Part shown: positions 1-4,882 of the stretch, piece by piece
How positions within the stretch are numbered: position 1 is the stretch's first letter
Layout of the letters: every line of letters starts with the position of its first letter
NCBI RefSeq assembly: GCF_001735745.1
Contig: NZ_CP017260.1
Coordinates: forward strand, 1,110,001-1,142,000
Direction of reading: 5' to 3'
From: Formosa sp. Hel1_33_131
Lineage (GTDB): Bacteria > Bacteroidota > Bacteroidia > Flavobacteriales > Flavobacteriaceae
Length of the DNA: 32,000 nucleotides
Made by a program: the position numbers and the translations under genes
The notes under the pieces: generated by a model
What the model was told of the DNA's origin: nothing
Seen by the model: the letters and a program-made list of their open reading frames with translations, nothing else
Databases searched by the model: none

Positions 1-58
1 ATTACGTCACTAAACAAATAAAACGTACCATATTGTTTGTAATTGTGCCTAATTACAG

Positions 59-66
59 TACATTTG
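59..66 (+). promoter_or_regulatory. Candidate Bacteroidota -7 promoter box (TAnnTTTG: TACATTTG) for ORF 108-587
   Basis: TACATTTG lies 41 nt upstream of the ATG at 108. The same motif class recurs upstream of several genes in this window. Confidence 0.3.
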
Positions 67-107
67 TAGTCATAAAGTGACGCAATAGAAATCAAAATCT
101 AAAAACC

Positions 108-587
108 ATGAAACCCCAAACCGCCAAACAACTTACAGATGCCAATCAGAAAGCCCTAAAAGAGGGGAAACCAGTGCCCTACACCAAACAGCAGCACGCC
201 GCCGCCAAAGGTTGCGACCCCGATGCTAAAAGGTATTGGAACTTTTTTTTAAACGGCAGGGAAGCCTACACCAAAAAAGAATATGCCAATACCAAAGGAT
301 GTGATGCCCTAGCCGTAATCATATGGAATCGGCTTTTACCAGATGCAGAACCATTCAGCAAACAGGAATACAGCAACACCTATGGCTTGAGTGCTAAGGA
401 CTTCATTTTATGGAACGAATGCCTGCCAGATGCCGAACCATTCACCAAACAAGAATACAACATCACCTATGGTTTTAGTGCTAACAACTTAACATTGTGG
501 AACGAATGCCTACCAAATGCCGAACCATTCACCAAGGGTGAAATAAACGAATTGATTAAAGCAAATGACAACGAACACGCTACATAA
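108..587 (+). CDS. Hypothetical protein with four tandem ~29-aa repeats (K-Q/K-E-Y..G......WN..LPDAEPF-T/S)
   Basis: 159-aa ORF with an ATG start. The internal repeats KKEYANTKGCDALAVIIWNRLLPDAEPFS, KQEYSNTYGLSAKDFILWNECLPDAEPFT and KQEYNITYGFSANNLTLWNECLPNAEPFT are preceded by a degenerate fourth copy. GC is visibly higher (about 45%) than in the neighbouring cassettes (about 28%). I recognise no family. Confidence 0.6.
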   Translation: MKPQTAKQLTDANQKALKEGKPVPYTKQQHAAAKGCDPDAKRYWNFFLNGREAYTKKEYANTKGCDALAVIIWNRLLPDAEPFSKQEYSNTYGLSAKDFILWNECLPDAEPFTKQEYNITYGFSANNLTLWNECLPNAEPFTKGEINELIKANDNEHAT

Positions 588-668
588 AATCACATTTGAT
601 ATAGCGTTTGATTTATGTGAATGGAGACATCTAGGCGTAAAAAAATAATTAGAATCCTATTTTAATAG

Positions 669-676
669 TATATTTG
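669..676 (+). promoter_or_regulatory. Candidate -7 promoter box TATATTTG for the Fic gene
   Basis: TATATTTG (TAnnTTTG) lies 52 nt upstream of the ATG at 728. Confidence 0.3.
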
Positions 677-727
677 GATATATCAAAATTTAGTATTACA
701 ATTTCTGAAGAATTAAATAATTCATAA

Positions 728-1528
728 ATGAATTCTCTTTTAAAATTATATGAAACGTATTTAGACCTAAAAAAAGAGGATGATTTTGATTTTGACAAAT
801 TCAATCAATTTGCGATTGTTCATCACTCAAACTCAATTGAAGGATCTACACTTAGTAAGGAAGAAACTTATCTATTATTAAGCGAAAATTTAACCCCTAA
901 AAATAAACCCTTAGAGCATACGTTGATGGCTATTGATCATTATGCAGCTTTAAAATACGTGATTGGTTTAGCAGCGTCTAAAACAGAACTGTCCGATGTT
1001 ATTATTAGAAAAATAGCATCCTTAATAATGGATAAAACAGGCTCGGAAATATCGTCTATGGCAGGTAATTTTGATTCCTCAAAGGGGGATTACAGAAAAG
1101 TGACAGTGAGAGCGGGCAATACGACGTTTATGGATTACCAAAAAGTTCCAGAAAAAGTTAATGAGTTATTAAACTATATTAATGACACTATTAATACAGT
1201 AAAAGGGTTTCAACAAATCAATGAATTAGCTTTTGACGCCCACTTTCAGATGGTTTCAATTCATCCATTTGCGGATGGAAATGGAAGACTCAGTCGGCTT
1301 TTGATGAACTATGTACAGCACTACCATAAAATTCCGTTAACAGCGATCTATTTAGAAAACAAATCAGACTATTTTACGGCCTTAGAAGACACTCGAAATC
1401 AGAAAGACATTACTATTTTCAGGAAATTTATGTTTGATCAAACAACTAAAAATCTATTAGAAAAAATAGAGGAACTCTCTCAGAAACAAGTCTCAAAAAA
1501 GGGGAAAGGAATGAATTTTCTTTTTTAA
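728..1528 (+). CDS. Fic/DOC family protein (class II Fic, putative AMP-transferase)
   Basis: Carries the canonical Fic motif HPFADGNGRLSR (HxFx[D/E]GNGRxxR). An N-terminal auto-inhibitory motif SNSIEG ([S/T]xxxE[G/N]) sits on the same polypeptide. Confidence 0.9.
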   Translation: MNSLLKLYETYLDLKKEDDFDFDKFNQFAIVHHSNSIEGSTLSKEETYLLLSENLTPKNKPLEHTLMAIDHYAALKYVIGLAASKTELSDVIIRKIASLIMDKTGSEISSMAGNFDSSKGDYRKVTVRAGNTTFMDYQKVPEKVNELLNYINDTINTVKGFQQINELAFDAHFQMVSIHPFADGNGRLSRLLMNYVQHYHKIPLTAIYLENKSDYFTALEDTRNQKDITIFRKFMFDQTTKNLLEKIEELSQKQVSKKGKGMNFLF

Positions 1529-1552
1529 ATTATATTCGCTCAAAATACAATA
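1483..1552. repeat. 70-bp direct repeat, copy 1 (last 15 codons of Fic, its stop codon and 24 nt of 3' flank)
   Basis: Matches 4226-4295 with only 2 adjacent mismatches (AA at 1514-1515 versus CG at 4257-4258). The offset is 2743 bp. Confidence 0.9.
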
Positions 1553-1734
1553 GATTAATAGAAGGTTTTTTGCTGAAGACGGGACTTAGCTCCGCTGAGT
1601 CCCAGAACCAACATTTTGAGAAAAGCCGACGTCGTTCCATTATTTTCGAAACAAATGCTAATTTTTTGATCGTGCAGTGAAATAAAGCTTATAACTTAGG
1701 ATCTGCAAGAGGGCTAAGTGAAATTTTGTGAAGC
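1539..1734 (-). repeat. Repeat copy A: decayed copy of the tRNA operon terminator flank, tRNA-Leu and tRNA-Gly (pseudo-tRNA pair)
   Basis: 1539-1587 aligns to 4580-4627, and CTGAAGACGGGACTT is identical to the tRNA-Leu 3' end. Further right only scattered matches to tRNA-Leu and tRNA-Gly remain. 1582-1734 is about 94% identical to 2452-2604. Confidence 0.7.
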
Positions 1735-1786
1735 CTGAACAAGCTAACGTATAAAATTAGCTCCTATAAAACCCTTGATTAATATA

Positions 1787-1825
1787 AAAAATTAGTGTAA
1801 CTGTTTTTTAGTTACACTAATTTTT
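1787..1825. promoter_or_regulatory. Perfect 15-bp inverted repeat (AAAAATTAGTGTAAC / GTTACACTAATTTTT, 9-nt spacer) abutting the hicA promoter
   Basis: The arms at 1787-1801 and 1811-1825 are exact reverse complements. The repeat lies directly upstream of the TATATTTG box and the hicA ATG, so it is either an operator or a terminator-insulator. Confidence 0.5.
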
Positions 1826-1826
1826 A

Positions 1827-1834
1827 TATATTTG
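1827..1834 (+). promoter_or_regulatory. Candidate -7 promoter box TATATTTG for hicAB
   Basis: TATATTTG ends 3 nt before the ATG at 1838. This implies a leaderless or near-leaderless transcript if the box is functional. Confidence 0.3.
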
Positions 1835-1837
1835 TTT

Positions 1838-2077
1838 ATGAGTAAGACAGAAAAACTCTTAGAAAAATTTAAAAGTATTCCTAATGATTTAACGTGGGAT
1901 GAACTCGTTAAAATATTAAATTATTTGGGGTATTTTGAATTATCAAAAAAAGGTAAAACAGGGGGTTCTCGACGAAAATTTGTAAATGAACTAAAAGACG
2001 TTATAAATTTACATAAACCGCACCCTACTAAGATTATTAAAAAGTATATGATTAAGCAATTATTAGAAAAACTATAA
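1838..2077 (+). CDS. hicA: Type II toxin-antitoxin system toxin, HicA family (mRNA interferase)
   Basis: 79 aa. It shows the HicA-like pattern L..LGY....GGSRRKF......I.LHKPHP and sits immediately upstream of a HicB-like gene, which is the canonical hicA-hicB order. The ORF track starts at a TTG at 1832; the ATG at 1838 is preferred. Confidence 0.75.
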   Translation: MSKTEKLLEKFKSIPNDLTWDELVKILNYLGYFELSKKGKTGGSRRKFVNELKDVINLHKPHPTKIIKKYMIKQLLEKL

Positions 2078-2079
2078 TT

Positions 2080-2433
2080 ATGAAAAACACATTAGAATAT
2101 AAAGGCTATTTAGGAACTGTAGAATATAGTAACGAAGATAATTGTCTTTATGGAAAAATTATAGGAATAGATGATTTAGTTAATTATGAAGCTCAATCGG
2201 TTGAAGAATTAAACACCTATTTTAAGGAAGCTGTTGAAGATTATTTAGCGACTTGTAAAGAAGTAAACAAAGAACCAAATAAAACATTTAAAGGCGTCTT
2301 TAATGTTCGTACCTCTAAAGATAATCATAGAGCCTTATCAATGATCGCAGAAAAAAATAAGATGAAATTAAATGAAGTTATAAATAAAGCATTTGATTTC
2401 TTTATAACAAATGAAGATAAAGTATTAGGCTAA
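2080..2433 (+). CDS. hicB: Type II toxin-antitoxin system antitoxin, HicB family
   Basis: 117 aa. The N-terminal YKGYLGTVEYSNEDNCLYGKIIGIDDLVNYEAQSVEELNTYFKEAVEDYLATCKE is typical of HicB. The C-terminal FNVRTSKDNHRALSMIAEKNKMKLNEVINKA looks like a ribbon-helix-helix. It starts 2 nt after the hicA stop. Confidence 0.8.
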   Translation: MKNTLEYKGYLGTVEYSNEDNCLYGKIIGIDDLVNYEAQSVEELNTYFKEAVEDYLATCKEVNKEPNKTFKGVFNVRTSKDNHRALSMIAEKNKMKLNEVINKAFDFFITNEDKVLG

Positions 2434-2451
2434 ACTCCTAAAAAAAAGCTA

Positions 2452-2672
2452 GGACTTAGCTCCGCTGAATCCCAGAATCAACATTTTGAAAAAAGCCGAC
2501 GCCGCTGCATTATTTTCGAAACAAATGCTAATTTTTTGATTGTGCAGTGAAATAAAGCTTATAACTTAGGATCTACAAGAGGGCTAAGTGAAATTTTGTG
2601 AAGCTTACAAAGGACAGATGAAGATTAGCAAGAATTAAACAATTCATATTGTGATAAGCACATTCACTTAGG
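2452..2672 (-). repeat. Repeat copy B: decayed tRNA-Leu/tRNA-Gly copy plus an extension resembling the region upstream of tRNA-Gly
   Basis: 2452-2604 is about 94% identical to 1582-1734. 2563-2672 matches 3380-3490. GCAAGAATTAAACAATTC resembles GCAAATTTAATACAATTC at 4837-4854, upstream of the real tRNA-Gly. Confidence 0.7.
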
Positions 2673-2689
2673 GAAATAACATAAAAAAC

Positions 2690-2727
2690 ACATTATGTAT
2701 ATAATGTATAATTTGTATATTTGTATA
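2690..2727 (+). promoter_or_regulatory. Promoter/operator-like region of TA module 2: palindrome ACATTAT-gtat-ATAATGT, four phased TGTATA repeats and a TATATTTG -7 box
   Basis: TGTATA occurs at 2696, 2705, 2714 and 2722 (spacing 9, 9 and 8 nt). TATATTTG at 2716-2723 lies 17 nt upstream of the ATG at 2740. Confidence 0.35.
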
Positions 2728-2739
2728 AATAATTAACTT

Positions 2740-2988
2740 ATGAGAAAAAATATTGACATTGACGATAACGTTTTAAAAAAGTTAAAGTTCCTTTCTGCAG
2801 TTGAAGAAATTAGCGTTAAAAAGCTTATGGAAAAAGCAATTTCATTTTTTGTTGAATCCAAAGAAAAAGAACGTTTAAATTCCTTATCAGAAGAAGAAAA
2901 AGAAGATTTAGGACTTTTATTATTAATGCAACAATCGGACAGAAATGATATTGTTAGCGAAGAAGAAATTATGAAAGAACTTAGCTAA
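2740..2988 (+). CDS. Putative antitoxin (ribbon-helix-helix-like N-terminus, acidic C-terminus) of a RelE/ParE-type module
   Basis: 82-aa ORF whose stop overlaps the start of the downstream RelE/ParE-like toxin (TAATG, 1-nt overlap). The N-terminal KNIDIDDNVLKKLKFLSAVEEISVKKLMEKAI fits a beta-strand plus helix pattern. The assignment rests mainly on position. Confidence 0.6.
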   Translation: MRKNIDIDDNVLKKLKFLSAVEEISVKKLMEKAISFFVESKEKERLNSLSEEEKEDLGLLLLMQQSDRNDIVSEEEIMKELS

Positions 2989-3269
2989 TGAAAGTTATAT
3001 ATTTAAGGAGTTTCCTTTCTGATTTAAAAAAAATTAAAGATCAAAAAATTAAGAATAAAATTAAGATTTTGATTCTTGAAATTAAAGGAGCAAACCTATT
3101 AGAAGATGTTGAAAACATCAAAAAACTAAAAGGCTATTCTATGGCTTATAGATCACGAATTGGTGATTATAGAGTTGGAATGTATAAGGAATTTGAAAGT
3201 GTAGAGCTTGCACGTTTCGTAAAGCGAAATGATATATATAAGGTGTTTCCAAAAAAGGGGGCAAAATGA
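2988..3269 (+). CDS. Type II toxin-antitoxin system toxin, RelE/ParE family
   Basis: 93 aa. The family-typical pattern is F..DLKKI.....KI...I.......E...IKKLKG....YRSRIGDYRVGM.......L.RFVKRNDIYK. Confidence 0.8.
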   Translation: MKVIYLRSFLSDLKKIKDQKIKNKIKILILEIKGANLLEDVENIKKLKGYSMAYRSRIGDYRVGMYKEFESVELARFVKRNDIYKVFPKKGAK

Positions 3270-3280
3270 AAATAAACGTT

Positions 3281-3293
3281 TAAATAACCGATC
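3281..3293 (+). repeat. 13-nt motif TAAATAACCGATC downstream of the module 2 toxin (copy 1)
   Basis: An identical 13-mer recurs at 4184-4196. Each copy begins 12-14 nt after the stop of a RelE-superfamily toxin gene. Confidence 0.6.
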
Positions 3294-3379
3294 GTTGGCC
3301 TTGATCCACATAATGGTACAGGCTAATAATACAACCAAGGCTAATTTTTAAATAGTACTTTGAAACAAGCAAAGATTAG

Positions 3380-3490
3380 AACTTAGGATCTACAAGAGGG
3401 CTAAGTGAAAATTTTGTGAAGCTTACAAAGGACAGATGAAGATTAGCAAGAATTAAACAATTCTTAGTGTGACAAACACATTCACTTAAT
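3380..3490 (-). repeat. Repeat copy C: partial pseudo-tRNA-Gly plus the upstream-region extension
   Basis: Matches 2563-2672 with one 1-nt indel and a few mismatches. It contains GCAAGAATTAAACAATTCTTAG (3446-3467), which matches 17 of 22 positions of 4837-4858 upstream of the real tRNA-Gly. Confidence 0.7.
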
Positions 3491-3580
3491 GGAAAATAAA
3501 AAATTACTATAAAAGCTGCAAAAGGAAAAATAACACAAAATAATATTGTGATACTATTTGTATAACAGGGTGTTATTTTG

Positions 3581-3588
3581 TATTTTTG
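3581..3588 (+). promoter_or_regulatory. Candidate -7 promoter box TATTTTTG for TA module 3
   Basis: TAnnTTTG match 55 nt upstream of the ATG at 3643. Confidence 0.25.
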
Positions 3589-3642
3589 TTCTGTTCTTAA
3601 TTATGGATGTAATAAATATTAATTAATAGAATTTTTAGAATT

Positions 3643-3882
3643 ATGGGGAAAAAGGAAAGTTTCAAAGTTCAGACTGCTTTTAGGTTCGATCATGAACTTT
3701 TAGAGCTTGTCAGAGAGAAAGCGAAAGCACAGCGAAGAAGCCTCAATAATTATGTTGAGATATTAATGTTAAGGGATGTAGGTAACATTCCTAATGATGA
3801 AACCAAACAAGCCATAGAAGAGGCTAGAAATGGAAATTTGGGAACCATCGAAAACCTTGATAGATGGCTTGAAACACTTTAA
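3643..3882 (+). CDS. Putative ribbon-helix-helix antitoxin of a YafQ/RelE-type module
   Basis: 79 aa. FKVQTAFRFDHELLELVREKAKAQRRSLNNYVEILM fits an RHH (CopG/Arc-like) fold pattern. It ends 6 nt before the toxin gene. Confidence 0.7.
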   Translation: MGKKESFKVQTAFRFDHELLELVREKAKAQRRSLNNYVEILMLRDVGNIPNDETKQAIEEARNGNLGTIENLDRWLETL

Positions 3883-3888
3883 AATAAA

Positions 3889-4170
3889 ATGTACAAATTA
3901 GATTTTACAACTAAGTTTAAAAAGGATTTAAAAAAAATAAAAAGTAACAAAAAAGAATATGTACTTGCCGTTAAACTATTAAAAATCCTTGAAAAAGAAG
4001 GGGTTTTTGGAGTTCCAATAATTATGCGTCCCCACAAATTAACAGGAAATTATAAAGATAATTGGGAGTGTCATATCAAACCAGATTTGTTAATTATATG
4101 GGTTCAAATTGAAAATCCGAATACAGTTAAGCTCGTTAGAATAGGTTCTCATTCTGAATTATTTAAATAA
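3889..4170 (+). CDS. Type II toxin-antitoxin system toxin, YafQ/RelE family mRNA interferase
   Basis: 93 aa. It carries the family hallmarks F.KDLKKI, HKLTGNYKDNWECHIKPDLLIIW and VRIGSHSELF. Confidence 0.85.
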   Translation: MYKLDFTTKFKKDLKKIKSNKKEYVLAVKLLKILEKEGVFGVPIIMRPHKLTGNYKDNWECHIKPDLLIIWVQIENPNTVKLVRIGSHSELFK

Positions 4171-4183
4171 AAAACTTAAAATC

Positions 4184-4196
4184 TAAATAACCGATC
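4184..4196 (+). repeat. 13-nt motif TAAATAACCGATC downstream of the module 3 toxin (copy 2)
   Basis: Identical to 3281-3293. Confidence 0.6.
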
Positions 4197-4225
4197 AGAT
4201 AAACACTTAAATATACCGCTATGCG

Positions 4226-4271
4226 GAAACAAGTCTCAAAAAAGGGGAAAGGAATGCGTTTTCTTTTTTAA
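4226..4271 (+). pseudogene. Orphan 3'-terminal fragment of a Fic gene (encodes ..KQVSKKGKGMRFLF*)
   Basis: Near-identical to the last 15 codons plus stop codon of Fic (1483-1528). There is no upstream reading frame or start. Confidence 0.8.
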
Positions 4272-4295
4272 ATTATATTCGCTCAAAATACAATA
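4226..4295. repeat. 70-bp direct repeat, copy 2
   Basis: Matches 1483-1552 at 68 of 70 positions. Confidence 0.9.
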
Positions 4296-4346
4296 ACAGT
4301 AAAATCAATATTTTTTCTTCTTTAAAAACTCTTTTAACCTTCTTTG

Positions 4347-4354
4347 TATATTTG
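4347..4354 (+). promoter_or_regulatory. Orphan promoter-like box TATATTTG followed by a 10-bp palindrome AGGTTAACCT, with no ORF downstream
   Basis: TGTATATTTGTTTAGG here parallels TATATATTTGTTTATG at the hicA start (1825-1840), but ATG is replaced by AGG. The palindrome is at 4358-4367. Confidence 0.25.
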
Positions 4355-4419
4355 TTTAGGTTAACCTGTTTGTAGGCTCCTGTAAACTATTGTAAGTCAA
4401 GGTTTTAAAGAGAGTTATT

Positions 4420-4467
4420 TGTCAAGTTTATGACATTATTTATATTGAAATGTGTCAAGTTTATGAC
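4420..4467. repeat. Two exact copies of the 15-mer TGTCAAGTTTATGAC (internal GTCA-N6-TGAC dyad), 33 bp apart
   Basis: The copies lie at 4420-4434 and 4453-4467 in non-coding DNA. This is an iteron- or operator-like arrangement. Confidence 0.6.
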
Positions 4468-4564
4468 GTTGTAAAATGGAGAACAAAATTAAGAAGGCTA
4501 AATATTATTTTAATTAATGCTAATTCAGATCCAATAAAATAAATATTGCCCTTTTTATTGCCCT

Positions 4565-4604
4565 AAAAAATAAAAACCTCTCAAAATCAATAGATTAAGA
4601 GAGG
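4565..4604 (-). terminator. Rho-independent terminator of the tRNA-Gly/tRNA-Leu operon
   Basis: On the minus strand the hairpin is CCTCTC-tt-AATC-tatt-GATT-tt-GAGAGG, followed by TTTTTATTTTTT. It lies directly after the tRNA-Leu 3' end. Confidence 0.65.
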
Positions 4605-4610
4605 CTTTTG

Positions 4611-4694
4611 TACTGAAGACGGGACTTGAACCCGTACGTCCCAAGGGACATTGGATTTTAAGTCCAACGTGTCTACCAATTCCACCACTTCAGC
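4611..4694 (-). tRNA. tRNA-Leu (anticodon UAA), class II with a long variable arm
   Basis: The minus strand reads GCTGAAG-TG-GTGGAATTGGTAGACAC-G-TTGGA-CTTAAAA-TCCAA-TGTCCCTTGGGACGT-ACGGG-TTCAAGT-CCCGT-CTTCAGT-A. The cloverleaf folds, and CCA is not encoded. Confidence 0.9.
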
Positions 4695-4723
4695 ATCTTG
4701 GTATGTTTTAAAAAAAGTATCAG

Positions 4724-4795
4724 AGCGAAAGACGAGATTTGAACTCGCGACCCCCACCTTGGCAAGGTGATGCTCTACCCCTGAGCTACTTTCGC
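4724..4795 (-). tRNA. tRNA-Gly (anticodon GCC)
   Basis: The minus strand reads GCGAAAG-TA-GCTC-AGGGGTA-GAGC-A-TCACC-TTGCCAA-GGTGG-GGGTC-GCGAG-TTCAAAT-CTCGT-CTTTCGC-T. Confidence 0.9.
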
Positions 4796-4882
4796 AATTT
4801 TTTAATGAACGTTTCTCTACTATTGTATAGAGAGGTGCAAATTTAATACAATTCTTAGAATAGCAAAGTTTTTTTAAACTTT

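Noticed and set aside
2618-2638. Mini-ORF ATG AAG ATT AGC AAG AAT TAA (MKISKN), conserved in repeat copies B (2618-2638) and C (3436-3456) and preceded by AAAGGA.
   Set aside because: Its conservation is explained by the surrounding DNA repeat. At 6 codons there is no independent coding evidence, and Bacteroidota rarely use Shine-Dalgarno signals.
3153-3338. 61-aa minus-strand ORF overlapping the 3' end of the RelE/ParE toxin gene.
   Set aside because: It is a shadow ORF in AT-rich DNA antisense to a well-supported gene, with no motif or promoter support.
1582-3490. The ~110-150-bp repeats alternating with unique segments could be read as a CRISPR array.
   Set aside because: The repeats are far too long and too divergent, and only part of their length is shared between copies. 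The 'spacers' are 0.6-0.9-kb gene cassettes, and no cas genes are present.
1539-4196. A classical integron or CALIN (attC-separated cassettes), since TA cassettes are typical of chromosomal integrons.
   Set aside because: No intI gene lies in the window. I could not find the R''/R' core sites (RYYYAAC / GTTRRRY) or the attC bulged-hairpin architecture at the boundaries. The separators are recognisably derived from the tRNA locus, and every cassette has its own promoter box. I keep only the analogy, not the call.
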